This document shows, piece after piece, positions 24,509-38,455 of a stretch of DNA of 64,000 nucleotides. Numbering within the stretch: the first letter of the stretch is position 1; each line of letters begins with the position of its first letter. Under the pieces are notes generated by a model. It was not told the origin of the DNA. It ran no database searches and was given only the letters and a program-made list of their open reading frames with translations. This stretch comes from Octopus vulgaris. Lineage: Eukaryota. Location of the stretch: NCBI GenBank assembly GCA_951406725.2, contig OX597815.1, positions 80,662,001-80,726,000 on the forward strand, given 5' to 3'. A program made the position numbers and the translations under genes.

Positions 24509-24822
24509 TATATATGTGTGTGTGTATATATATGTGTGTGTGTGTATATGTGTGTGTCTGTGTGTGTTTATATGTGTGCGTATAATAACAATAAACTTGG
24601 TTAACATACGCTCTCTTGTTAATACAAAACTGATTAGATTCTGTTGTCTATGTTGATGTACAACATGTTTTAAATGTTCCTGCATATTGTTTTGTTGAAT
24701 ACCATACTGTCCATTACTATATCCTAACTGCTGTTGTTATAAAATAATATTGATAGTTGCACTAAACACGCAACTTCCGTCAAGTACACGATGCACATAC
24801 ACACACACACATATATGTATGC

Positions 24823-24894
<72 letters not shown>

Positions 24895-24897
<3 letters not shown>

Positions 24898-25112
24898 GTT
24901 GTGTCTGGGGAGAGTCATTCTCTTTAGTGCCTTATTATTTAACACACTCACCGGTAAAATTTCCACTTATTTCTTATTTTTATTTTCTAAAATTTTCGTT
25001 GCGTCTTGCAACCTTTTCAATAGTTTTGACTCTCTCTCCTCTTTGAAAAAGGTTGCAAGACGCAACGAAAATTTTAGAAAATAAAAATAAGAAATAAGTG
25101 GAATTTTTACCG
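24895..25112. repeat. ~70-bp-arm inverted repeat
   Basis: 24951-25020 is the near reverse complement of 25043-25112. Confidence 0.85.
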
Positions 25113-25560
25113 TGTTGGTTTCCTTGTCCTGTCTTTTACTGTTTTTATTCTTTATTTGTACTGTTTTTTTCTTCATTTGTATTGCTTTTACGTCCTGTTC
25201 TTGTCACTTTTTTTACCCCTCCGCAAAATTTTTTTATTTAATTCATTTTGCGGGAAAGACTGCTTCGGCAGGATCGTGTTCTGCCCTTACCTTCGAAACA
25301 CGCATTGAGTCGAAACAGGGGCAGCTGAAGAAGGGGAATGTTCCTTGTGTTGGTTGTCTCGTACTCTGTTTTTTCGTTGTTAAAAAAAGTTCGTTTCCTT
25401 GTTTGGTTTTATGTTTTCGTTTTCATTGTGTTCTACGTTTATTTGTGGTGTCCTGTACTCATATATGCATGTATATATACATATAGATGTAGGTATGTAC
25501 ATTATGTATGTATGTATGCATATGTTTTATTTATTATATTGTTATTATATATATATATAT
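25112..25560 (+). mobile_element. interspersed repeat family F (probable PLE terminal region)
   Basis: Homologous to 48500-48980, 18775-18945, 47960-48160 and, inverted, 26868-27420 and 36360-36460; shared gtcctgtacccatatatgcatgtatata motif. Confidence 0.65.
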
Positions 25561-25974
25561 GTATGTATGTATGTATATACATATACACACACACACACAA
25601 GTATAAATGTGCGTATATATGTATGTATAAATGTATATGTCGATTTGTGTATATGATATGTGTTTAGCTGTGCTTTCCATTTCGTTTGTGACTTGATGAT
25701 ATTTAGATTCCGTTCGTTGGAAGATAGTGTTTATTTACAATTCTACTAAGTTGCGTTCTTTGCTTTATCTCTTCCCTCCTCTCCCTTTGTTTCTCTCTCC
25801 TCGCTTTCTCTGTGTATGTGCCTGTCTGTTTGCCTGTCTGTCTGTTTCTATCAATATCTTCCATTGCTTCTCCATCTCACTCACTTCTCTCTACTACTTT
25901 CTCTCCCTCTCTACCTACATATCCATGTATCTCCTATGTAAAAAAAAAAGAACAGTAAGAAAGAAGGGGGAGAG

Positions 25975-26142
25975 GAGAAGAAGGAGGAGGAGAAGGAGAC
26001 GAAGAAGATAAAAAGAAGTAAAGAGAAAGCAGAAAAGAAGAAGAAGAAGAAGAAGAAGGAGGAGGAGAAGAAGAAGAAGAAGAAGAAGAAGAAGAAGAAG
26101 AAGAAGAAGAAGAAGAAGAAGAAGAAGAAGAAGAAGAAGAAG
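25975..26142. repeat. (GAA)n / purine-rich tract
   Basis: Direct reading. Confidence 0.95.
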
Positions 26143-26349
26143 ACTGGAAACGAGGTTTACGGATCTGGAGAGAGTGAACGTATGTAAAAGTAGAGAGGGA
26201 AAAAATAGTGTATAATGGAGAGTGAGAGCGATATACAGGGAGCAAGAAAAAAAGGGAGAGAGAGGAGGAAAAAAGAGGGAGAAAGAACAGATAGAGAGAC
26301 AAGTTGTTCGGAGATGAGAAAAAAAGAGGCTTAACGCTTTCTCTGTGTG

Positions 26350-26393
<44 letters not shown>

Positions 26394-26394
26394 G

Positions 26395-26456
<62 letters not shown>

Positions 26457-26457
<1 letters not shown>

Positions 26458-26616
26458 TTTATTTAAAAACAGCAGTAATATAACAAATGGGAACGTGAAA
26501 CTCTAAGTAACACCTTTTGTTATATTTCTGGTGCTTTTAAATAAAGCATATTACTCTACCTCTGGTATTTGAGTACTCTTTTTTTCCACCTTGCTTCACA
26601 TTGAAGTACTTACTCC

Positions 26617-26669
<53 letters not shown>

Positions 26670-26856
26670 TTTATTTAAAGGAGCAGAAAATTCAACAAAA
26701 CCTGTTACTCTGAGTTTCCCGTTGCCGGCAACGGGAAACTCAGAGTAACATGTTTTGTTGAATTTTCTGCTCCTTTAAATAAAGCATATTACTCTACCAC
26801 TGGTATTTGAGTACTCTTTTTTCCACCTTGTTTCACATTTATGTGTTTACTCCGGT
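26457..26856. mobile_element. two foldback PLE-terminus inserts (family D) in (TA)n, including a 116-bp palindrome
   Basis: 26669-26784 is palindromic about gccggc with one mismatch; each arm holds an HHR 3' half (GAAA ctcagag TA); related copy at 26457-26618. Confidence 0.8.
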
Positions 26857-26867
26857 ATATATATATA

Positions 26868-27420
26868 TGCATATATGGGCACAAGACGTCACCAACCGTA
26901 AACAACATGAAATACGAAAATAAATGAGTTGAATACGCAAACGAGAGGAACAAATGCAAAACAGGACAAGTGACATAAAGAACGAGCCTTCATCAGTTGT
27001 CAGCTGCCTATCTACTCCTCATTTCGAGCATTGAACGACAATATGAGTCTTCGAAGGCAATTGCTCCCACAAAAGCTAAAATAAAATTTAGGATTTATAG
27101 AGGGTCAAAGTTGGTATCAAAAGCAGGACGAAAACAAACATGGGGGTCGTTAGACTAGACGAAGGTAAAATAGCGAACGCTGGAGAAATGTTTTCTTTCA
27201 AAAGAGAAAAGATAGAAGAGAGTGATAGATAGGATATTTGCAGTCTTTACAACATCCCTGAAGGAAAAGAAAGATAGACGATGTTCACGTGTGAGCAACG
27301 AGAGAGAGAGAGAGTAAAGAAGAAAGAGGGAGAGACGGAGAGACAGATACAAAACGGTGAAGGGGAGAATAGAAAGGAATTAGAGAAAGGATGGGAGAGA
27401 AAACAATAGGGGAAGAGAAC
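26868..27420 (-). mobile_element. repeat family F copy
   Basis: Reverse complement similar to 18775-18945 and 48150-48870. Confidence 0.6.
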
Positions 27421-27433
27421 ATACGTGTATATA

Positions 27434-28136
27434 CGAGGGAGTGTCAAAAATTATACGCACTTTTGTTTTTTAAATGTATTTACACAAAAGCAGGAGATAA
27501 ATAAGTGCGTTTTTTTTCTATATAGTCTCCTTCCCTTTCGATGCACTTGGTCCAGTGGTCCACAAGCTTGCGCATTCCCTCCAAGAAGAAGGTTTTCGGT
27601 TGGTCGTGCAACCATTTATGTGCCGCTTCCTTTAAAACTTCATCCGGGGGGAAATCGACGACCTCGTAAACTATCTTTGAGCGGTTCAAAGATATAATAG
27701 TAAGAAGGCGGCACCACAAAATCTGATTGGTTAATGGTTGATCGTACACTCCTTTTCCAGGTAGTCTTCCCGTATAGGCCCTTTTAAGTCTCAGAAAAGG
27801 GTTAGCATCATCTTTCCCGCCGAAGATTGAGTTTTGAATTTCTTCGTCGCTGGCGAGCCAGGATGTTTCCACTCCATACTCTGTCTTTTGAATTCTGTTT
27901 TATAATGATGACCCTACGTTTCATCCCCTGTGATTATTCTGCTCAAAGCTGCACTCTTTTGCTCTTTATTCTTCTTTGGTGCACTTTGCTAGTGGAGCAG
28001 CCATACTTACACTGTAAATCCAGAAAGAAAAATGGCGCATAATAGCACCATCTATAAGCAAGCACGAGCAGATGGTATGTGACAATAATAAAGACATGTT
28101 ATGACGAAAGTTCGGATAATTTTTGACATGACCTCG
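27434..28136 (-). mobile_element. internally deleted mariner element
   Basis: TIRs TA|CGAGGGAGTGTCAAAAATTAT and ATAATTTTTGACATGACCTCG|TA; peptide LKEAAHKWLHDQPKTFFLEGMRKLVDHWTKCIEREGDYIEK. Confidence 0.9.
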
Positions 28137-28146
28137 TATATATTAG

Positions 28147-28384
28147 GCCAGCTGGCAGAAGCGTTAGCACCTCGAGGAAAATGCTTTGCGGCATTTCGTC
28201 CGTCTTAACATTCTGAGTTCAGATTCTTTCGTGGTCGACTTTGCCTTTCATCCTTTATATAGCTGCAGGCGTGGTTGTGCGGGGAGAAGCTTACTTCTCA
28301 ATTACATGGTTTCGGGTTCAGTCCCGCTCGGGCCCGACCAAAACCTCGTGAATGGATTTGGTAGCGGAAACTGTAAGACACCCG

Positions 28385-28452
<68 letters not shown>

Positions 28453-28650
28453 GTGTGTGTGTCTCTTTGTGTCACTTTGTCCCCTAACCTTCGCTTGACA
28501 ACTGATGCTAGTGGTTTGGCGAAAGAGTCCGATAATATATGTACTAGTCTTACAAAGAATAAGTCCTGGGTTCGATTTCTTCGACTAAAACCCTTTAAGG
28601 CGGTGCTCCAGCATGGCCGCAGTCAAATGACTGAAGTAATAAAAGAATAC
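28147..28650 (+). mobile_element. SINE C 5' part followed by SINE A
   Basis: 28147-28255 matches the family C head; 28262-28650 matches family A with deletions. Confidence 0.75.
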
Positions 28651-28819
28651 GCACATATGTATATGTGCGTAATTGAATATGTTTGTATGCATCGCTATGT
28701 GATTATGTATGCATGTATGTATGGGTGTGCAAGTGTGTTAGTATTTTTATATATGTGCGTACATACCTCGGGGCAAAATGAACGGATAAACTAATCCATG
28801 CATATAACAGAATTTATGT

Positions 28820-29460
28820 TTATTGTCTTGAGAGTGCATAGAGCTAGTAAAACCTGTTGTACCGTTGGAAAAGCTTTAATTACCACAAGAGGAAAGCTTG
28901 TAATATCAGTAAGTAGCGCCTGCAGTTTCAGTGCATATCCGAAGTTTCACAACCGCACTCTCACACCCGCGTTTGAGCTGTCTAATTTATTAATCACGAT
29001 ATATAAACAAAGTTTGGAACACCATGTGTTTCCTTATAATTCAAAATATCCGGGTATGCGGAACAAATGCATTAGTATTCCATGTTTATGTCTGTAGTTC
29101 TACTCCGATATTAGGAACAGAGGACAGGAATACAAAGCAACTGTAGAGATAATTGTTGTGCTTATTCTGTACACCTTACATGTATTTCATTAACAATAAC
29201 ATATAAGTAAAAAGAAACTTGTAGGCAGGTTATATCATCAAACCTTCAGAGATTGCATAAGAGAGGTAATTAACCTTTGAGCTGCATGGAAGATACTGGA
29301 CAATGACAGGGCATCAACAAACTTATTTGTTTATACCATAACACTGTCCGATGGCCATTGTATTACTTAAAAGCTTTCAACATTTGTTATGGTAGATTTT
29401 GTCTTATACAACATGCTGTTTTAAACGAAACATGAGTAAGCTGTATTCAATAAACGTAAA
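28820..29460 (+). mobile_element. highly degraded hAT (Charlie/Buster-like) transposase remnant
   Basis: RVHRASKTCCTVGKALI resembles RIAKAKKPHTIGEELI; weak MTG and HCI remnants downstream. Confidence 0.3.
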
Positions 29461-29552
29461 GTTTTATCTCTATAACTCTTATATGTACTATACAATCATG
29501 TATGTGAGTCTATCTATCTACCTCTTTCTTTTTCTCTCTCTGTCTCTGTCTG

Positions 29553-29583
<31 letters not shown>

Positions 29584-29987
29584 GCAGATTTGCTTCACCA
29601 TCAGACCATATGCATTTGTTTGTATCCATATATACCTTGATATCGAGACTTGTGCAATGAAGGAAACTGCATAACGTGGTATGAAACGAGGTATGAGTTA
29701 CATATTGATCGAAAAACTGGAAGAGAAGGAAAGGTAAGATGGAGCAGTGAGTCGCGGTAGAGATTGTTGCTAAGCCTCTTATTTGTTTAAGAGAATAATG
29801 CTCTCATTTTATTGAGAGAAGCCGGTCCTAACATTTCGGGTTTGTTTGCCCTCTCTGTCGAACGAACTTTTCTTCTCTTTCCCATATTTGTATTACCTTT
29901 AATGTATCGCTTTCTTCATCTGATTCACCCGCTTTGTCTGTCTCACTTCTCTACCTATCACTTCGGATGAATGGTCAGAAACAACTT

Positions 29988-30336
<349 letters not shown>

Positions 30337-31325
30337 ATGAAAGCAGAAATAAAATAAAATAAATCTCTAAGAAGATATAGTAAAAGAACGATAGGGTGAA
30401 GGAAGGTGGGGTAATAATTTTTATAGTAGGACAGAAGTTAGCATTAAAAGCAATGTAATCCAAGAAGAGTTGCAGGTTTTCAAGAATCACTTTAACCTAA
30501 TGTTATGTTTTCGAGAGAAAAGCAGATGTTACGGATCTTTATATCAAATACAGTAATAACAATAACAATAACGGCTATTATACCTGCTAATGTACACAGA
30601 TTTCTCTTTCTCACTCTCCCTATACGTTCATATACTTATGAATGTATAGGGAGAGTGTACATGTGTATATACATATATATATATATATGTGTGTGTGTCT
30701 ATGTGTGTGTAATCAAAAGCACACATATATGTATGTATGCATGTATGTATGTGTATGTGTGTGTTCGTGTGTGTGTGTGTATAAATATGTCATTATCTTT
30801 CTCCCTAATCTCACTGACTTTGTTTCTGTTTTCTTGTGTCTTGCACGGAAGCTCCTGTTGTTGTTATCGTTGTTGTTTATTTGTCTTCATCTTTACTATT
30901 TTAGTTCCTCTCTTTTATTGGTCGGTTGTAACACTTGATATATATGCAATGTCTTCTTTATATTTTGGTAACAAAATATAAATGAAAAACGCTATCACCG
31001 TTGTATGTGTGTGTGTATTTCTGTGCATTGTTGTATTTATTTATGTTGCTATTTTACATAGCTTGACTACAGTTACAGGAAGTTTTGGCTGAGGTGTGCA
31101 TGGGGGTGAGGTGGAACTAACAGACCTTATTGCAAAATGCTGTCGTACATGTGAATCCGAAGGCCTTAATCTTTGTTGACCTCACAGTATTAATTCATTT
31201 ATTGGAATATCTAACCATTTACTATTTTAAGCACCCAGTCATCTATCTATGTATTTATACACAACCTCATACACATAATACATAAATACCTCTACCTCTA
31301 TCTCTATCTTTGTCTCTTTCTCTTT

Positions 31326-31391
<66 letters not shown>

Positions 31392-31393
<2 letters not shown>

Positions 31394-31549
31394 GGTGGCT
31401 CTGTGGTAAGTAGCTTGCTTCCCAACCACATGGTTCTGCGTTCAGTGCCACTGCATGGCACCATGGGAAAGTGCCTTCTACTATAGCCTCGGGCCAAACA
31501 AAACCTTGTGAGTGGATTTGGTAGACGGAAAACTGAAAGAATCCCGTCG

Positions 31550-31631
<82 letters not shown>

Positions 31632-31835
31632 TTTGTGTATCTGTGTTTGTCTCCCCACCATCGTTTGACAATCGATGTTGGTGAGTTTATGTTCCCGTAA
31701 CTTAGCGGTTCGGCAAAAGAGACCGACAGAATAAGTACTAGGCTTACAAAGAATAAGTCCTAGGGTCGAATTGTTCGACTAAAAGCCGTGCTCGAGTATG
31801 GCCGCGGTCAAATGACTGAAACAAATGAAAGAAAA
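31392..31835 (+). mobile_element. SINE family A
   Basis: Head, (TA)n(TG)n, tail. Confidence 0.88.
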
Positions 31836-31948
31836 AAATATATATATATAATAAGAGTAGAAATTCATATCATTAAGGAATATTAGTAAAGAATATCAAT
31901 TTCAGCTAGTGGTCAGCATACTTAAAAATATCCGAGGACCGTGAATTC

Positions 31949-32259
<311 letters not shown>

Positions 32260-32310
32260 AGGAGTAGACAACCACCATCTATGTTTATATATATATATAT
32301 ATATATATAA

Positions 32311-32545
32311 ACATAGATGGTGGTTGTCTACTCCTTATGCAGAGTTTGACCACCTCCTGTACCTACACCTTAAAACCATTATGGCATCTGATGTGGCTTT
32401 TTAAACCAGACAATGTTTTCAAAAGACATCTACATAGATTGCATTTCTGATTTGGGCCATCGAGAGCTGCAGATAAGTTCTGATCTTTGTGGCTCTTAAA
32501 ATGTCCTTTGAGGCATCCGTTAGATTTACAAACCTTCTGGCATAT
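32311..32545 (-). mobile_element. RTE-like LINE 3' end with two C2H2-like fingers
   Basis: CQKVCKSNGCLKGHFKSH..CNLCRCLLKTLSGLKSHIRCH*, short 3' tail ending at (TA)n; last ~30 bp duplicated in inverted orientation at 32256-32285. Confidence 0.55.
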
Positions 32546-35326
32546 ACATACACACATATACATGTATAAATATATGCATATAAGTGCATATATATGATGT
32601 GTGTGCGTGTGCATGTGTGGGGGGAGGGGTGAAGCTATTTAGAATATGTCTATCTATCTTCCTATCTTATCTCTTTTCCTGTAATAATTATAATTGATTA
32701 TCGTTTTGATTAATGGGGTTGACTGCGTTGAATGCTCATGTAATTTTCTTGTGAAACAGAGTGCAAAGTCCTATGGCGAAATAAAGTGCAAAGTACTCCG
32801 CGGTTAATATGCTCACTTTGGCTATTTTAAATCACGAGTCAGCATCGATCATTCGATGATTTTGAAAACAAAAATGCATTTAAATATATTCAGTTTATTA
32901 TTTGGTATGACAGAGGACCTTTTTAAAGCTATACACTTTGGCAAAAAATACATCCTTCCATATCCCCAAATGCTACGCGTGTCATCCTCATCTGTTTTCT
33001 CAGCAGGAACGGCACTGAAGTCTGTGGGCTACTGTTTCTGCCTCTTTCTTACGACCATAAATATCAGTACTATCATAACTACCCATAAATATATCAAATA
33101 CCTTGAACAAAAAACACTGGATGTGATGGAGTACAAAGAAATAAATTCAATTAAAATTGAATATGTAAAAGTACTTTAGATAATATCAAACAGCCGATAG
33201 AATTAAACAACTAACTTTCACTATATAATAACATAATTTTTCTTACCTAATTCAATAATATTTGCAATAAACATCTATAAAAATTTACACAACTTAATAT
33301 CATTGGATTTTACTTCCCGATAACCAAATCTTTGCTCCAAAGAGCCTTGATCTTCATTAAAAATTATATTTCAATCAGCCATTTAGAGACCCATATAATT
33401 ATACATGTGAGAAGATTATTATTTGCTTTTTTGATATCCTTTTGTGCGTACAGAAATCATATCATAATTCCATTGATGTAACGTTATGTAGCCCAAGTAT
33501 TCCGAATTCATCCACCTTAACATTTTACATTCATGACTTGAACTTATTACTATTTAGATGGTTAAACAATTTTATATACCGTTTTAGGTGAAATTACACC
33601 GTGGAAGAGTAAATTTAACTATGCAAGAACACACGCTTGTTTTTTCTTTTGTTTCATAATAGTAAAGTCTATTATGAAGTGCGAAAGATATGCAGTAAAA
33701 TTGTTTCAGTGACCAGGTCACAGAAGTGCGACGAAAACTTTTGAGATTACTTAATATACTTTTAAGGAATAAAAATAACATTGAACAGGTTGAGCGTTCT
33801 AAGGTAACTAGAGTAACTCACCCGGGACATAATTGTTTCAATTTCTACATGCGCTCTCGGATCAAATCAGCTGTCAAACAAGTACAACTGCGGAAGTTTT
33901 ACATATAACTTTAGATCTAAAAATGGATATGTACTCAGCTTTTAAGAAGCCAAATGAAAAGTTATAATACGTACATACTTAAATTACCTACCTGCTGTTA
34001 TAGATAGATAGGCAAATGAAAATATTAGTATACGATTAACCAGTATTTCAATCAATCGATAATTCCTTCAACAAAGCAACCAGTTTATAAATACAATGAA
34101 GCGTTGAAATGGAGCGGGTTTAACGATAAACTTATTTGTACAAATTAGAACAGGTAAAATTAGTTAAGCATAATTAGAAAACGTAAAATGATTTTGTTTA
34201 TTGCCCTATGGAGTTTTGACGTGCGTGCGTGTATCACTAAACATTTCTTTGGGCTATTAAATAAACACTCACATATGAATCATAAATATAAAATCTTTTA
34301 GTAGAAAAATTATATTTAGGTTCAGTAGTACCCATAAAATTTTTATTGATAGAGTAGATATAAATAGGAAACATGTGTTTGTGTGTATTTTAACTCCATT
34401 AATTGCCCATTAAATTGCAAATGCCTTTTTAACTCCATAGATTATCGCGCGAAAGCTGCTGCAGTTGATAATTCGGCTTCTCCGGATTATATTGGGTTAA
34501 GATAGGATATATAAGCATCATACATTCTCACGGAAATCTGGAAAAATCTTTTTAAAAATTAATGAAACTACATACTGACTTTGGAAAAGATTGGAAATTA
34601 TAAAAATTATTTGGAATGCATTACAGTACGTCGAATTTTATAATCAGATTAACGTTGGTCGAGACCATTACCTCTCCGAGAAAAGGAATACGTTTCATAG
34701 CAACGATATCTTAACCAGCTCATCGAAGTTGATATCTTTTGTCGTCACAAATCAAAACCTTTGTTAAAATATTTCAAAACACATCTCTGTTCAGAACCAA
34801 ATAAGCGCTTTAACACATGAATACACGCTATAAACATTTTTTCTATAGTTAACGTGCATCAACAATACATAATTTTTGTCGCCTTTTATATATAAAGAAG
34901 GCTAGTAGGAGGGCGGCAGACGGTATTATATAGCAGATAGTATTATATAATAACGTAACTTGTTTCAACAAATTTAATGGTTTTATAATGTTAGTAAACA
35001 TGTTAAACGTTTTTATATTTACCCCTTATGTTACATATAACAATATTTACGAAATATTTATTTCTTTGTTTGGAAATCTGTAAACTCTGCAACGTATATT
35101 CGAAATTTAATTAATTTAATCATAAAATGAAATTTAGAATCAACCCCATATTGTGATATCGAGTCCTTTACACCCCAGGATTAGTATAACTGCTGCGAAT
35201 AAACTTCACGCACACACAACAAATACACACACACACACTCATGTACACATACTCACATCTGTATGTATATATATAAACTTACTTGCGAGTGGATGTGTGG
35301 GGTTCAGTTAAATAATAATATAAATG

Positions 35327-35369
<43 letters not shown>

Positions 35370-35373
<4 letters not shown>

Positions 35374-35952
35374 AATAATGAGGGAGATAAATTAATATTA
35401 ATTTTAATATCAATTTAAAACCAGTAGTCCAGCATACAAAAATCTGAGGAGTCAGAGAAAGTTCTAATATATGTGTATATTGGCAGGGCTTACTGCTAGG
35501 GAGTCGGCCATATGCTAGAAATAGACCATCAACGGTCAAACTACAAGGAAATTCTCTAGAGGAAAAATACAGCGAACACCAGAACCAATTTTGGCGGGCA
35601 TGACAGATGAAAATTTATATAAAAAACAGAATTAAATGCATACCTCGGTTTCAGCCTTAACAAGAGAATTACTTATGCAATCCAAATGTCCGTGCTTCTT
35701 CAGTGCATCCGTTCATAATAATGTAAACGGAAAAGCTAACCCCAGCTTTCGTGCCAGTACAGACACGTGTGTAGCTTTACCGATTACACTAGTGATAAAA
35801 TTTCAAATGTCTTGGCTCTTGGCCCGCCAAAATTGGTTCTGGTGTTCGCTGTATTTTTCCTCTAGAGAATTTCCTTGTAGTTTGACCGTTGATGGTCTAT
35901 TTCTAGCATATGGCCGACTCCCTAGCAGTAAGCCCTGCCAATATACACATAT
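35370..35952 (-). mobile_element. PLE-type terminal insert with ~130-bp inverted duplication
   Basis: 35468-35599 is the reverse complement of 35822-35952; HHR between the arms; (TA)n on both sides. Confidence 0.8.
35635..35709 (-). ncRNA. type I hammerhead ribozyme, canonical core, long loop 2
   Basis: Minus strand: gaugca CUGAAGA agc..gcu GAAA ccgagg UA ugcauu. Confidence 0.8.
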
Positions 35953-35964
35953 ATATATATATAT

Positions 35965-36325
35965 AGGCGTAGGAGTGGCTGTGTGGTAAGTACACATGGT
36001 TCCGGGTTCAGTCCCACTGCGTGGCACCTTGGGCAAGTGTCTTCTACTATAGCCTCGGGTCGACCAAAGCCTTGTTAGTGGATTTGGTAGACGGAAACTG
36101 AAAGAAGCCCGTCGTATATATGTGTGTGTATATTTGTTTGTGTCTGTGTTTGTCCCCCCAACATCGCTTGACAATGTGTTTACGTCACCGTAACTTACCG
36201 ATTCGGCAAAAGCGACCGATAGAATAAGTACTAGGCTTACAAAGAATAAGTCCTGGGGTCGATTTGCTCGACTAAAGGCAGTACTCCGGAATGGCCACAG
36301 TCAAATGACTGAAACAAGTAAAATA
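35965..36325 (+). mobile_element. SINE family A
   Basis: Head and tail with a short internal repeat. Confidence 0.88.
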
Positions 36326-36374
36326 GTAAATAGTAAATAGTATATATACTATATAATGATACAAGACGTGAGAC

Positions 36375-36538
36375 AACATGAAATACGAAAACAAATGAGT
36401 TAAATAAGCAAATAACGAGAGAAAAAAAGAACAAGTAATACAAGAATGACCCTTTATCAGAGGGTCATTCTTGTATTACTTGTTCTTTTTTTCTCTCGTT
36501 ATTTGCTTATTTAACTCATTTCTTTTCGTATTTCATGC
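36375..36538. repeat. ~80-bp-arm palindrome of family F sequence
   Basis: Arms symmetric about gaccct ttatcag agggtc. Confidence 0.85.
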
Positions 36539-36550
36539 TGTTTACTTATG

Positions 36551-36609
<59 letters not shown>

Positions 36610-36677
36610 TTGTACATATATGTATATATGTATATATGTATGTGTATATATGTATATATGTATGTGTATATATATGA

Positions 36678-36726
<49 letters not shown>

Positions 36727-36778
36727 TGCATAAAGGTAGGCAGGTAGGTAGATAAATAGATAGATAAAGAAATAGATG

Positions 36779-36853
<75 letters not shown>

Positions 36854-37377
36854 GCTTCTGTATGTATGTTTGTGCATGTATGTTTATACTAATATGAATG
36901 CGCGAACTGGTAGAATTGTTAAAACATTAAGTTGACTACCTTGTTGGGTTTTTTCCCCAGGTTTCTGAGTCTAAAGACCACCTAGGTCAACTGTGCTTTT
37001 CATCCATTCGAACGCCGATAAATAAAGGACGAATTCTAAATGATGGATTCGCATTATGTTTGGAGCATCGAAAGAGATGACTTTTGGTATCTCTTTAGGC
37101 TATCTGCATTCTGAATTGTAATATGTCCTCCCACTGCTGGTGAAAACGGTGACTGGTTTAGAAATGTCTTAAGCAATTGCTCAAGTGTTTCAGTTTATTA
37201 CAAAATTTGCACACCATTTGCTGACTGAGAATGCAAGAGCATTTCAAGTCTGTGCAATCAAACAATAACGATATATAAGTGTGTTTCTCTGTGTGAATAT
37301 CTATGTGTACCTAATGTGTATACATACAAATATGTGTGTATATGTGTATGTGTGTGTGCATATGTGTGTGTATGAAT

Positions 37378-37412
<35 letters not shown>

Positions 37413-38122
37413 AGGTGAGATGCATATGAGGTGCGTTATAATGCAAAAAACAAATACATATAAAGTACATCGCTGGTTTCTTTGGTTGAGACCGAAATCT
37501 TTGGAAACGATAATTGTCGATGCTTTCTGTTTTAACTTTCCTATATAGTTATTATCCTGATAAATGTTCCTGCGTACACGTGGCATCTTGAAATACAATA
37601 GCAATGCCCAATAACGGTTGTCTTTCCATCTATACTACTGCTCATTGACTAGAGCTGGTTTGTAATATATATATCGTTACAAGCCCTATTTTCTCAGAAA
37701 CAGATGTTGATGTTTCCATTCTTTGTAATATATAGTTGAAAAACAATGAAATATCTGTAGAATGAGCTTCATCTGGTTTTCAACCTCGTCAAAAGCTTGA
37801 AAAGTGTATCTTTCTTACAAAAAAGATGCTAATGTAAGTACCCTTCCTACTTATTTTTAAACAAGAAATGGAGAAGCGGCAAATCAGGTATTTTCTACTC
37901 AATAGGAACGATTTCGTAAGTAAACCTGAATTCTAATGACATACGTATCCTTCGAAGCCGAAATAAAATTTGATAATAAGAAATAGAGGAAACATATGGT
38001 GTTCTGGATCAACAGACTACCATGACTTTCCTTGGGTTCTTTTATATGTGTGCGCGTGCACGCGCGCTTTATTTCTACCATATATCTACATTTTAATCTT
38101 GATGAAGTGTAACTTGGGTCGG

Positions 38123-38455
38123 AACCCCCTTCGGTCACGACACTGACCATGGGATTGCACTTACAAAGGTACCCTCCTAGTCGCAAGTCTGGGCAAGGTG
38201 GTTTTATGGAAGACCAGCAGTCGCCCATGCATACCGGCCTCCCCTCTCCACGCCACCAGTGTTATGCAAGGGAAAGGCAGCAGCCGATACAGCTTGGCAC
38301 CAGTGACGTCGCAACTCATTTCTACAGCTGAGTTAACTGGAGCAACGTGAAACAAAGTGTCTTGCTCAAGAACACAACACGCAGTCCGGTCCGGGATTCG
38401 AGCTCACAACCTCACGCTCGTAAGCTCGACGCTCTAACCACTGAGCTATGCGCCT
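38123..38455 (-). mobile_element. SINE family B (tRNA-derived head)
   Basis: Minus strand ggcgcatagctcagtggttagagcg (A box)..gagctcgaatccc (B box); homologous to 50569-50890 and 57970-58315. Confidence 0.88.

Noticed and set aside
25915-26407. poly-Leu/poly-Ser ORFs (similar poly-amino-acid ORFs at 49774-50236)
   Set aside because: Trinucleotide repeats without splice or domain support
38380-38455. tRNA gene (also 50569 and 58240)
   Set aside because: tRNA-like SINE head continuing into a shared repeat body; acceptor stem incomplete
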